39,884 nt of DNA from Bacteroidota bacterium (GCA_028749215.1 JAQUOA010000002.1:1-39884); one strand, 5' to 3'; positions 1 through 8,671 are shown, counted from the first letter of the stretch. Notes: generated from the sequence alone by a model not told the origin. Numbers and translations: made by a program.

Positions 1-756
1 GGACGTTTAGCGATTGATGAAGAGATGATGCAAGAGGTGGAGAACATTAAATCCGCCGTGAAGCCGAATGAAATTCTCTTCGTTGTCGATTCGATGATCG
101 GTCAGGATGCTGTCAATACTGCAAAGGCGTTTAATGACAGACTGAATTTTGACGGTGTTATTCTCACCAAACTTGACGGCGATACACGAGGCGGCGCGGC
201 ACTTTCCATTCGTTCAGTGGTCGGGAAGCCGATTAAGTTTGTCGGCGTTGGTGAAAAGCTTGATGCACTTGAACAGTTTTATCCGGATCGCATGGCATCG
301 CGCATCCTCGGCATGGGCGATATTGTTTCCCTAGTAGAAAAAGCGCAGCAAACATTCGATCAGAAACAAGCTCAGAAGCTTCAAGAGAAGATCGTCAAGT
401 CGCAGTTCACACTGGAAGATTTTTACGATCAGCTGCAGCAGATTAAAAAGATGGGGCCGCTGAGTCAGGTGATGTCCATGATTCCCGGAGCGAGCAAGCT
501 TGGGAACGTGAACGATGTGGATGAAAAAGAATTGAAGTATGTGGAAGCGATCATTCTTTCCATGACGAAAGAAGAGCGGCACAATCCGAGCATCATTAAC
601 GGATCGCGAAGAAAAAGAATTGCCAACGGAAGCGGGACATCTATTCAGGAAGTGAACAAACTGCTGAATCAGTTTACGCAAATGCAGAAAATGATGCGTA
701 ATTTCACCAAAGGGAAGAGCTTTGCCAATATGGTGGGGCAGCGGTTCGGACGATAA
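1..756 (+). CDS. ffh: Signal recognition particle protein Ffh (5'-truncated by the window edge)
   Basis: Frame 1 is open from nt 1 ([12 protein letters not shown]...), so the ATG at 25 is internal. The translation shows the end of the SRP54 G domain ([15 protein letters not shown]; [28 protein letters not shown]) and a Met-rich M domain ([13 protein letters not shown]). It sits directly upstream of rpsP, the usual bacterial arrangement. Confidence 0.95.
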   Translation, partial: GRLAIDEEMMQEVENIKSAVKPNEILFVVDSMIGQDAVNTAKAFNDRLNFDGVILTKLDGDTRGGAALSIRSVVGKPIKFVGVGEKLDALEQFYPDRMASRILGMGDIVSLVEKAQQTFDQKQAQKLQEKIVKSQFTLEDFYDQLQQIKKMGPLSQVMSMIPGASKLGNVNDVDEKELKYVEAIILSMTKEERHNPSIINGSRRKRIANGSGTSIQEVNKLLNQFTQMQKMMRNFTKGKSFANMVGQRFGR

Positions 757-810
757 GAGTTTAAATCAAAATCAATTACTATATTCATAGCAGTAAAAAG
801 GAGAAATACA

Positions 811-1242
811 GTGGCAGTAAAATTAAGACTTCAACGCGGCGGAAAAAAGAAACAGCCGATCTACCGCATCGTAGCGGCAGATTCGCGCTTCAAACGCGAC
901 GGCCGTTTTTTAGAACGCGTCGGTTCCTACAATCCCAATACCAATCCGATGACCATCGATGTGAAAGAACCACGCATCATGTATTGGCTTGGAGTCGGTG
1001 CAACCCCGACAGATACCGTTCGCAACCTCCTCAGCAGAAAAGGGATCATGTTGAAATGGTACCTGAAGAAAAAAGGAAAAGACGAAGCGACCATTACGTT
1101 GGAATTTGAAAAATGGCAGGCAGTACAAGAGTTGAAGCTTCAAAAAGAAAAAGAACGCAAAACACGACGCAAAGCGGCAAAGAAAAAAGTTGCAGCAGCT
1201 CTTGCCGCGCCCCCGGCAGCGGAAGCTCCCGCACAAGCGTAA
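811..1242 (+). CDS. rpsP: 30S ribosomal protein S16 with a Lys/Ala-rich C-terminal extension
   Basis: GTG start at 811 preceded by AAAGGAG (797-803). The N-terminus MAVKLRLQRGGKKKQPIYRIVAADSRFKRDGRFLERVGSYNP is canonical S16. About 55 extra C-terminal residues are rich in K/A/E (KEKERKTRRKAAKKKVAAALAAPPAAEAPAQA). Confidence 0.95.
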   Translation: MAVKLRLQRGGKKKQPIYRIVAADSRFKRDGRFLERVGSYNPNTNPMTIDVKEPRIMYWLGVGATPTDTVRNLLSRKGIMLKWYLKKKGKDEATITLEFEKWQAVQELKLQKEKERKTRRKAAKKKVAAALAAPPAAEAPAQA

Positions 1243-1422
1243 CGCAGTACGTGCAGATTTCAACCGGTGTAGTACGGTTATGCAACTAGTTCCGGAAGAT
1301 GTTGAGTCGAGTTTCGCATCACGATTCTTACAGTAACAAGATATAGCGGTACAGTAAGATAACATTCAGGCTTCTCACCCGCCAGCCCGGCGACGGACTG
1401 GCATCAGTCATAGGAGGCAGAT

Positions 1423-1653
1423 ATGCGTGAGTTTCTCGAATTCATCGCCAAACAACTCGTCGACAATCCTGATTCTGTCCAAATTGCAGAAGAGGAGAAA
1501 GAGGGTAAGGTTATCTTTAAGATCAAAGTTGCCCAGCCCGATATCGGGAAAATTATTGGCAAGCAAGGGCGGACAGCACAAGCAATGCGTGTTTTGTTGA
1601 GCGCTGTTGCCGCAAAAAATGGAAAACGAGCGATACTGGAAGTTGAAGACTAA
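1423..1653 (+). CDS. KH-domain RNA-binding protein (YlqC/UPF0109-like)
   Basis: ATG at 1423 with AGGAGG at 1412-1417. The 76-aa product has a KH GxxG loop (IGKIIGKQGRTAQAMRVLL). It occupies the conserved position between rpsP and rimM. Confidence 0.85.
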   Translation: MREFLEFIAKQLVDNPDSVQIAEEEKEGKVIFKIKVAQPDIGKIIGKQGRTAQAMRVLLSAVAAKNGKRAILEVED

Positions 1654-2182
1654 CACAGCGGAGAGCCTTCGCGCCATTGCGCGAATAGGGAAAGTTTTTG
1701 GGGTGCGTGGTGAAGTAAAAATTTTTTCATACTCACGCGGTCTTGATGAGTATAAAAAACTTCCAAAGCTTTTTGTGGGGAAGAATGAATCGTCTGTGGT
1801 TGTGTATGAGATTGAAAGCGTTAAAAACCGCGGCGATGAATTGTATGTGAAGTTGAAAGGGATCGATGACAGGACACAGGCTGAATTAGTGGTCGGTCAG
1901 TATCTGTTTGTCGTGGAATCCGAAAGAAAAAAACTTCCAAGCGGAAAATTTTTTCACGATGAAATTGTCGGTTGTGTCGTGGTGGATGAACAAGGGAAAA
2001 AATTCGGAGTAGTGAAAGATGTCCAGCAATATCCCGCTCATCCGTTGTATGCTGTCGCCACGAAAAAGGGTGATGTCTTAATGCCGGCGGCGGGTGATAT
2101 TATTCAATCGGTAAACATCAAACGAAAAGAAATAGTCGTGCATCCTCCGGAAGGATTGTTCGACGGTGAAATGGCAGAGTAA
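1607..2182 (+). CDS. rimM: 16S rRNA processing protein RimM
   Basis: IARIGKVFGVRGEVKIFSY is a typical RimM N-terminal barrel, followed by a PRC-barrel-like C-terminal half. Operon context is rpsP-KH-rimM-trmD. The start is uncertain: ATG 1607 overlaps the KH gene, and in-frame ATG 1619 or TTG 1643 are alternatives. Confidence 0.85.
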   Translation: MPQKMENERYWKLKTNTAESLRAIARIGKVFGVRGEVKIFSYSRGLDEYKKLPKLFVGKNESSVVVYEIESVKNRGDELYVKLKGIDDRTQAELVVGQYLFVVESERKKLPSGKFFHDEIVGCVVVDEQGKKFGVVKDVQQYPAHPLYAVATKKGDVLMPAAGDIIQSVNIKRKEIVVHPPEGLFDGEMAE

Positions 2183-2870
2183 GAAGGCTGTGAGTATTCG
2201 GATTGACATTATTTCTGCCGTGCCGCAGGTGTTGATGAGCCCAATCAACGAAAGCATCATCAAGCGGGCACAGCAAAAGCAGTTGGCAGAAATTGTCGTC
2301 CACGATCTTCGTTCTTTTACACATGATAAACATAAGATCATCGACCAGCCTCCGTACGGCGGAGGCGCAGGAATGATCTTGAAACCCGAACCGATCTTCG
2401 AGTGCATTGAGTGGCTGAAGAGTGAGCGCACGTATGATGAAGTGATTTACGTGACGGCAGACGGCGAGCGATTCGATCAGAAAATGGCGAATCAATTTTC
2501 GCTGAAAAAAAATGTCATCATTCTCTGCGGCCACTATAAAGGAATCGATGAGAGAGTTCGTCAGGAGCTGATTACAAAAGAAATATCCATCGGTGATTAT
2601 GTGTTGACGGGCGGAGAATTAGCGGCGATGGTTATTGCTGATGCTGTGGTGAGATTAATTCCCGGCGTGATCAGCGACGGGGAATCAGCATTGACAGATT
2701 CGTTTCAGGATGGGCTGCTGGATTCTCCGTATTATACTCGTCCGCCTGAATTTCGCGGAATGAAAGTTCCGGATGTGTTGCTGAGCGGTGATCACAAAGA
2801 AGTGGCAAAGTGGAAAGAAGAGCAGCGGAAAAAGAAAACTGCAGAACGAAGAAAAGATTTGTTGAAATAA
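2166..2870 (+). CDS. trmD: tRNA (guanine37-N1)-methyltransferase TrmD
   Basis: IRIDIISAVPQVL...QPPYGGGAGMILKPEP...IILCGHYKGIDERV...SIGDYVLTGGELAA are TrmD/SPOUT knot motifs. GTG 2166 is preceded by GGAAGGA (2149-2155). GTG 2190 is an alternative start. Confidence 0.93.
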   Translation: MKWQSKKAVSIRIDIISAVPQVLMSPINESIIKRAQQKQLAEIVVHDLRSFTHDKHKIIDQPPYGGGAGMILKPEPIFECIEWLKSERTYDEVIYVTADGERFDQKMANQFSLKKNVIILCGHYKGIDERVRQELITKEISIGDYVLTGGELAAMVIADAVVRLIPGVISDGESALTDSFQDGLLDSPYYTRPPEFRGMKVPDVLLSGDHKEVAKWKEEQRKKKTAERRKDLLK

Positions 2871-2950
2871 GATGCATCGGCACGTCGTGGAGATTAAAAT
2901 TTTCCATGACGGATTTGAAAATAGAAAATAACAATACACAATCAATCATC

Positions 2951-2968
2951 GTCCCGTTTTGACGGGAC
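2951..2968 (+). promoter_or_regulatory. Stem-loop in the rplS 5' leader (7-bp stem, 4-nt loop)
   Basis: GTCCCGT-TTTG-ACGGGAC pairs perfectly (2951-2957 with 2962-2968). It lies about 10 nt upstream of the GAGGTAGG ribosome-binding region of rplS. No T-run follows, so it is not an intrinsic terminator. Confidence 0.3.
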
Positions 2969-2986
2969 AACATTAACGAGGTAGGT

Positions 2987-3331
2987 ATGGATAAGATAAA
3001 ATTAGTAGAAGCGGCATTCGTGAAAGCCGACGTTCCAGAGTTCAAAGTCGGCGATACATTGAATGTTCATGTGCGCGTAGTTGAAGGCGACAAAGAACGT
3101 ATTCAGCAATTTCAAGGAGTGGTTATCGGCCGCCGCGGCGAAGGAATGGGAGCAACATTTACCGTGCGTAAAGTATCCGACGGTGTCGGCGTGGAAAGAA
3201 TTTTCCCGCTCAACTCTCCGCGTATCGCAAAGATTGAAAAAGTCAAAGAAGGCGGAGTGCGCCGCGCCCGGTTGTATTATTTACGCGGCCTTGCAGCAAA
3301 ACAGATCCGACAAAAAACCGGAAACAATTAG
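2987..3331 (+). CDS. rplS: 50S ribosomal protein L19
   Basis: [68 protein letters not shown] is canonical L19. It follows trmD. Confidence 0.95.
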   Translation: MDKIKLVEAAFVKADVPEFKVGDTLNVHVRVVEGDKERIQQFQGVVIGRRGEGMGATFTVRKVSDGVGVERIFPLNSPRIAKIEKVKEGGVRRARLYYLRGLAAKQIRQKTGNN

Positions 3332-4143
3332 TGAGTATGACTCAATTTCGCATTGGTGCCTTGCGAGATCTGTATCATCAACTGCTGTACGATATGTTTC
3401 AAAGTTCCGTTTCGACAGAAGAAAAGATTCCGAGTCGAGCGGAACTTTTATTTGATACAGCTCCCGCACATATTGAACGGCTGATGAATAACGAACTCGA
3501 CGCCGCTTTTATTAATCCGATCGATTTTGCGTTGAACAGCTCCGATCTTGTGGTATATCCCGCGGTCTGTGCTGCGACTTCCGGAATGAGCGACATCGTG
3601 CGACTGTATCTGCGTGAAAAAATTAAAACAATCTCGTCCCTTGCGGTGAACACTACGTCGGCTTCTGAAGTCGTTCTTGCCCGTATTGTGTTGACAGAAA
3701 AGTATGAAGCAGCACCATCAATTGTACCGGTTGCAGGCGATATCCCATCCATGCTGAAAACTTCCGACTCAGCCTTAACCGTTGGAGACGATGTATTGAA
3801 AACGAAATGGAATGGACCCTTTATCGATGTGGTGGATGAATGGACCGATATTACGGAACTTCCGTTCGTGCATACTTTGTGTGTGAGCCGCAATGATAAA
3901 TTTATTCCTGAGTTGAATGCACTTCTCGCAGAATCTCTTGCCCAAGGGAAGAACAATGTAACAAAAGTAGCGCTTTCCGCATCAGCAAAGATTGGTATTG
4001 CTGCCGACGACCTCCTGGATTATTATTCTTCCATCTCATACACATTCAACGAAGAGCTTCACGCAGGGTTAGACGAATTCTTTCGTATGGCTTTTTACCA
4101 GGGAATGTTAAGTGATATTCCTGAAGTATCGTTTGGGGAATAA
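3331..4143 (+). CDS. MqnA-like protein (chorismate dehydratase / VitK2-biosynthesis family fold), tentative
   Basis: GTG 3331 overlaps the rplS stop by 1 nt (TAGTG). Segments resemble MqnA-family proteins as I remember them: NELDAAFINPIDFA, SSLAVNTTSASEVVLARIVL, SDSALTVGDDVLK and DVVDEWTDITELPFVHTLCVSRND. The N-terminus is divergent. This call rests on memory of the family pattern only. Confidence 0.5.
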   Translation: MSMTQFRIGALRDLYHQLLYDMFQSSVSTEEKIPSRAELLFDTAPAHIERLMNNELDAAFINPIDFALNSSDLVVYPAVCAATSGMSDIVRLYLREKIKTISSLAVNTTSASEVVLARIVLTEKYEAAPSIVPVAGDIPSMLKTSDSALTVGDDVLKTKWNGPFIDVVDEWTDITELPFVHTLCVSRNDKFIPELNALLAESLAQGKNNVTKVALSASAKIGIAADDLLDYYSSISYTFNEELHAGLDEFFRMAFYQGMLSDIPEVSFGE

Positions 4144-4164
4144 GAAATTCAATAAGACTCGATT

Positions 4165-4178
4165 AGATTTTAAAATCT
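4165..4178. promoter_or_regulatory. Perfect 14-bp palindrome AGATTTTAAAATCT upstream of recN (candidate operator)
   Basis: AGATTTT (4165-4171) is the reverse complement of AAAATCT (4172-4178). The site lies 45 nt upstream of the recN ATG in a 79-nt intergenic region. Confidence 0.25.
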
Positions 4179-4222
4179 TACTTCAAGTTGAAACTCTCCA
4201 TTTTTCAGCGTAATTTGACTCA

Positions 4223-5932
4223 ATGCTGAAGACTCTCCTCATTAAAAACTACGCACTCATCGAAGAAATTTCGGTCGAATTTTCTCGCGGTCTTACCATC
4301 ATTACAGGCGAAACAGGTGCAGGGAAATCTATCTTAATAGATGCTTTGGGGTTACTTCTTGGTGAACGTGCCAGCACTGAAATGATTCGCACCGGCGCGG
4401 AGAAAGCAATTGTTGAAGGTGTGTTTGATGTTCAAGGCAACGACCGAATGAAAGAGATCCTTAGAAATAATGAAAGTGATGCTTCGGATGATATGGTGGT
4501 GCGCCGCGAGATAAATTCAAAAGGACAAAGCCGCTGTTTTGTGAACGACTCTCCTGTTTCCGTCTCCCTGTTAAAAGAAATCGGCGATGTGCTTGTTGAT
4601 TTGCACGGACAGCATGAACATCAATCATTGCTGCGTGCAGAAACGCACATCGATTTTCTGGATGATTTCGGCGGTTATCAGAAAGAGATTGAAGAGTATC
4701 GCATGTCGTATCGAGTGCTGGTCGATTTGACGTCGAAGAAAAGAAATTTACAGGACCAAGAAGAGCAGTTGAAAGCAAAGAAGCAGCTGTTCGATTTTCA
4801 GATCAAAGAAATTGATGCAATCAGCCCACAGGCAAATGAAGAAGAAGCGCTTGAAGCTGAATTGAAGATTTTGGAAAATTCCGAAAAGCTGAATGAGTTG
4901 ACAAGCAGTGTTTACCATCTATTATATGAAGCAGAAAGCTCTGTGCGAGATGCACTGGTGAATGCGCGAAAGACGTTGGAACAGCTATCCGGTATTGATG
5001 CTTCTTTTGAAAATTCTGTCAGCGAAGCAAAATCTGCTGAAGTAATTGTCGATGAACTTTCGAAATTTGTGCAGAGCTATCATTCCCGGATAGAATTTAA
5101 TCCCGAACGCCTCGAAGAAATACGCGAGCGGCTTGGCGCGCTGTCACTGTTGAAGAAAAAATACGGCGGCACACTCCATGCCCTGATTGCGTACCGGGCG
5201 AAGATTGGTGAGGAATTTAAATTTGCAGAAAATTTTGAATCAGAAATTGCCAAGTTAGAGAAAGAAATTGCCGGTGCGCAATCTGAAACAGGAAAGAAAG
5301 CAGAGACTCTTACTCAAAAGCGAAAAGATTTCTCGAAGAAGTTAGAAAAGGCAATTCTGGAAACACTTTCGGAACTTGGTATTGCAAAGGCAAAGTTCTC
5401 AGCGATAATTCAACAGCGTCCAATGGACGGCGCGGCTCACACGGCGGTGGTAAAAAGCGGCAATGGCTTTGTTGAAGCAACGAGTAAGGGAATTGATCAT
5501 GTTGAATTTTTTCTTTCCACGAATGTGGGAGAGGATGTTAAGCCGCTTGCCAAAGTTGCTTCCGGCGGTGAAGTATCACGTATCATGCTTGCGCTGAAAG
5601 GTGCACTAGCGGCTTCCGATAAAACACCGCTCCTCATTTTTGATGAAATTGATACGGGCGTGAGTGGAAGGATCGGACAAGCCGTCGGATTGAGCTTAAA
5701 AAAACTTTCAAAACACCATCAGGTTATTGCGATTACCCATCTGCCGCAAATTGCAGGATTGGCGGACACACATTTTTCCGTTGAAAAGACAGAAGCAAAT
5801 AAAAAGACATCAACCAGATTGCGGTTGCTGCAAAACGAAGAGAGAATAAAAGAAGTTGCAAAATTATTGAGCGGGGAAAACATTACAGAAGCAGGGCTAA
5901 AATCTGCCCGCGAGTTAATGGGTATTAAATAG
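4223..5932 (+). CDS. recN: DNA repair protein RecN
   Basis: N-terminal Walker A (LTIITGETGAGKSILIDALGLLLGERAS), a long coiled-coil middle, and a C-terminal SMC-like signature and Walker B (ASGGEVSRIMLALK...PLLIFDEIDTGVSG). Confidence 0.93.
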   Translation: MLKTLLIKNYALIEEISVEFSRGLTIITGETGAGKSILIDALGLLLGERASTEMIRTGAEKAIVEGVFDVQGNDRMKEILRNNESDASDDMVVRREINSKGQSRCFVNDSPVSVSLLKEIGDVLVDLHGQHEHQSLLRAETHIDFLDDFGGYQKEIEEYRMSYRVLVDLTSKKRNLQDQEEQLKAKKQLFDFQIKEIDAISPQANEEEALEAELKILENSEKLNELTSSVYHLLYEAESSVRDALVNARKTLEQLSGIDASFENSVSEAKSAEVIVDELSKFVQSYHSRIEFNPERLEEIRERLGALSLLKKKYGGTLHALIAYRAKIGEEFKFAENFESEIAKLEKEIAGAQSETGKKAETLTQKRKDFSKKLEKAILETLSELGIAKAKFSAIIQQRPMDGAAHTAVVKSGNGFVEATSKGIDHVEFFLSTNVGEDVKPLAKVASGGEVSRIMLALKGALAASDKTPLLIFDEIDTGVSGRIGQAVGLSLKKLSKHHQVIAITHLPQIAGLADTHFSVEKTEANKKTSTRLRLLQNEERIKEVAKLLSGENITEAGLKSARELMGIK

Positions 5933-5969
5933 CTGTTGGAAGTTAGCCATTGGTAATTAGCGAATTACG

Positions 5970-6353
5970 ATGAGAGACTTCAGAAAATTAAAAATTTGGA
6001 TTCAGGCAATTGAAATCGTAACAAAAGTATATGCTTTGACAGCAAAATTGCCAGATACGGAAAAATACGGATTGAAGTCCCAAGTTCAACGGGCCGCAGT
6101 TTCCATTCCTTCAAATATTGCGGAAGGAGCAAGTCGTGACAGTGAGTTAGAGTTCAAACGCTTTTTGGAAATAGCCATTGGTTCATCGTTTGAAGTTGAG
6201 ACTCAATTAGTTATAGCACAAAATTTAAAAATGTTAAATCAGGATGAGCTTAAGGAAATATTTTCGTTGATTTCCAGTGAACAAAAAATGTTAAACAGCT
6301 TAATCTCAAAAATAAATATCGGTAAACCTAAAAAGCCAAACGCAAACAGCTAA
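5970..6353 (+). CDS. Four-helix-bundle protein ('23S rRNA intervening-sequence protein' family, Avd-like fold)
   Basis: FRKLKIWIQAIEIVTKVY...KYGLKSQVQRAAVSIPSNIAEGASRDSELEFKRFLEIAIGSSFEVETQLVIA matches the family pattern (SIPSNIAEG and E.ETQL motifs). Confidence 0.85.
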   Translation: MRDFRKLKIWIQAIEIVTKVYALTAKLPDTEKYGLKSQVQRAAVSIPSNIAEGASRDSELEFKRFLEIAIGSSFEVETQLVIAQNLKMLNQDELKEIFSLISSEQKMLNSLISKINIGKPKKPNANS

Positions 6354-6398
6354 TATCCAAAAGCTTTATTGTGTTATGTTAATTCGGAATAGTTAAAC

Positions 6399-7850
6399 AT
6401 GCCTCTTCAAATCTATAACTCACTAACTCGAAAAAAAGAAGAATTCAAACCGATTCATGATAACATTGTGAATATGTATGTCTGCGGCCCGACGGTGTAC
6501 GGACTGTCGCATCTTGGTCACGCAAAAAGTTACGTGTCGTTCGACATCATTTTCCGGTATTTACAGTACCTAAAATATAAAGTGACATATGTTCAAAACA
6601 TTACCGACGTCGGACATCTAACGGATGACGCCGATGAAGGCGAAGATAAAATTGCAAAGCAGGCGCGTGCTGATAAATTGCATCCGATGCAGGTGGTTGA
6701 ACTTTATACTCGCGAATATTTTGCCGACATGGACGCATTGAATATTTTGCGTCCAGATATTTCACCGAGAGCGACCGGACATATCCCTGAACAGATTGAA
6801 ATGGCACAGAACCTTCTTGCAAAAGGATTCGCCTACGAAGTGAATGGCTCGGTTTATTTTGATGTCACGAAAGACAAAGAGTACGGAAAACTTTCCGGCA
6901 GAATTCTGGAAGAAGCTGAAAGCGGGACGCGCGTTGATGTAAAATCAGAAAAGAGAAATCCCGCCGACTTTGCGTTGTGGAAAAAAGCGGATCCGAACCA
7001 CATTATGCAATGGAGTTCTCCGTGGGGCAAAGGATTTCCCGGCTGGCATCTTGAATGCTCGGCGATGTCGATGAAGTATCTCGGCGAAACGTTCGACATT
7101 CACGGCGGTGGACTGGATAATCAATTTCCTCATCATGAGTGCGAGATCGCGCAGAGCGAATGCGCAACGGGGCACCAATTTGTGAAATACTGGGTGCACA
7201 ATAATCTGGTGACGGTGTACGGGAAAAAAATGGGGAAGTCGCTCGGAAACTTCATCACGCTGAAAGATGCTTTCAAGAAATACGATCCATTGCTGATACG
7301 GTTTGCTATTCTCCAAAGTCATTACCGCAGCACGTTAGATTTTAGTGAGCAAGGATTGGAAGGAGCGGCGAAGGGATTTGAAAAATTGCGCAATACGTTT
7401 AATAAATTAAAAGAAGAGATTGAATTTCAACAAATCGCAAAGAATCCTGAAATGTTTGACAGGACGAACGAACTAACACAAATTGAAACAGAATTACAAG
7501 CAGCAATGGATGATGATTTTAATTCACCGCGCGCAATAGCAGCTTTATTTGAATTGGTTTCAAAAATCAACACGTGGTTACAACCCGGAGGTAACCCTTT
7601 ATTAGAAAATTTACGTCGTGCATATCTATTGTTTGAAGATTATGGTGAAAAAATTTTAGGTCTGCTTCCAAATAAAAACGTTTACACCGAATCCGTAGAA
7701 CCACAGTTGATGGAGTTGATAATTGCCATTCGGACAGAATCACGCAAAACCAAAAATTTTGCTATCTCAGACAAAATCCGTGACGACTTGAAAGCGGCGG
7801 GCATTGTACTTGAAGACGGTAAAGATGGAACAACATGGAAAAAGATTTGA
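6399..7850 (+). CDS. cysS: Cysteine--tRNA ligase
   Basis: Class I motifs: HIGH-type (CGPTVYGLSHLGHAKSY) and KMSKS-type (KMGKSLGN). Cysteinyl-tRNA synthetase features include GFPGWHLECSAMS and HGGGLDNQFPHHECE. Confidence 0.95.
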   Translation: MPLQIYNSLTRKKEEFKPIHDNIVNMYVCGPTVYGLSHLGHAKSYVSFDIIFRYLQYLKYKVTYVQNITDVGHLTDDADEGEDKIAKQARADKLHPMQVVELYTREYFADMDALNILRPDISPRATGHIPEQIEMAQNLLAKGFAYEVNGSVYFDVTKDKEYGKLSGRILEEAESGTRVDVKSEKRNPADFALWKKADPNHIMQWSSPWGKGFPGWHLECSAMSMKYLGETFDIHGGGLDNQFPHHECEIAQSECATGHQFVKYWVHNNLVTVYGKKMGKSLGNFITLKDAFKKYDPLLIRFAILQSHYRSTLDFSEQGLEGAAKGFEKLRNTFNKLKEEIEFQQIAKNPEMFDRTNELTQIETELQAAMDDDFNSPRAIAALFELVSKINTWLQPGGNPLLENLRRAYLLFEDYGEKILGLLPNKNVYTESVEPQLMELIIAIRTESRKTKNFAISDKIRDDLKAAGIVLEDGKDGTTWKKI

Positions 7851-7903
7851 AAAATCGCAATCTTGTATTGAACTTCTTTCACTTCACTATCTTAGGGAAG
7901 ACC

Positions 7904-8671
7904 ATGAGAAAATTTTTTGTCATTTGTCTGTTAGTATGCTCACTCACATCATTGGTGGTCGCCCAAAACACCGCCGGCGATGCTTCAACCATTGAGCCGC
8001 GCTATATTATAGATACGCCGACAGCCGGATTGTTGAAACGAGGTGCCTTCTCGTTCGAATCAAATTTCTTTCAGGATGGCGGAGTGATGTTTGGATTGTA
8101 TGCCGGTGCCCTTGATCGGTTAACATTTGGTGTGTCCTACGGTGGTGTTGGTATCATCGGAAAAAATGCTGCCAGTATGCAGAAACTTCCCGGTGTGATG
8201 CTGAAGTACCGTTTGTTTGAAGAGTCCGTAGCGATGCCCGCAATCGCTTTCGGCTTTGATTCGCAGGGGAAAGAAACATACATCGACAGCCTTGAGCGCT
8301 TCACGATTAAATCGCGCGGAATTTTTATTGCCGCCAGTAAAAATTATTCGATGCTCGGCTTCTTAAGTTTCCACGGAGGTGTGAACTGGAGCATGGAAAA
8401 GAAAGACGGTGATAAAGACATGGATGTATTTTGTGGATTGGAAAAATCACTCGGACAAGAATTATCTCTCCTTGCCGAATACGATTTTGCATTCAACGAC
8501 AACAACAATGATGCGTATGGAAAAGGATACGGATATTTGAATGCCGGAATTCGATGGTCGCTTGCCAGCGGTTTAACGCTTGGGTTTGACCTTAAAAACA
8601 TCGTAAAAAATCAAAATAACGTGACTTTTGCAAATCGGACTTTGAAGGTGGAATACATTCGCACCTTTTAA
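7904..8671 (+). CDS. Predicted outer-membrane beta-barrel protein, unknown function
   Basis: ATG 7904 gives a signal peptide MRKFFVICLLVCSLTSLVVAQ. The body has an alternating hydrophobic and Gly/aromatic pattern, and the C-terminus ends in a terminal Phe (KVEYIRTF), typical of Bam substrates. The ORF-track start at 7835 adds a non-signal extension overlapping cysS. Confidence 0.55.
   Translation: MRKFFVICLLVCSLTSLVVAQNTAGDASTIEPRYIIDTPTAGLLKRGAFSFESNFFQDGGVMFGLYAGALDRLTFGVSYGGVGIIGKNAASMQKLPGVMLKYRLFEESVAMPAIAFGFDSQGKETYIDSLERFTIKSRGIFIAASKNYSMLGFLSFHGGVNWSMEKKDGDKDMDVFCGLEKSLGQELSLLAEYDFAFNDNNNDAYGKGYGYLNAGIRWSLASGLTLGFDLKNIVKNQNNVTFANRTLKVEYIRTF

Noticed and set aside
1060-1239. Lys/Ala-rich C-terminal extension of S16 as a novelty
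   Set aside because: Extended S16 tails occur in several bacterial lineages. It is noted in the feature evidence and is not a distinct system.
3399-3956. Minus-strand 185-aa ORF. The same reasoning covers 15021-15542 (173 aa), 9737-10195, 10089-10538 and 2118-2534.
   Set aside because: All are antisense to + strand genes that have clear family motifs. None has a signal, RBS or recognisable domain.
5970-6353. Reading the four-helix-bundle gene as part of a diversity-generating retroelement (Avd)
   Set aside because: No reverse transcriptase gene and no template/variable repeat pair is present nearby. The flanking genes are recN and cysS.
7835-7903. Upstream ORF-track starts at 7835, and likewise 8744, 16316, 24218, 24845 and 28754
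   Set aside because: In each case a downstream in-frame ATG gives a canonical signal peptide or the conserved family N-terminus, sometimes with an RBS. The longer forms add non-functional-looking leaders or overlap the upstream gene.
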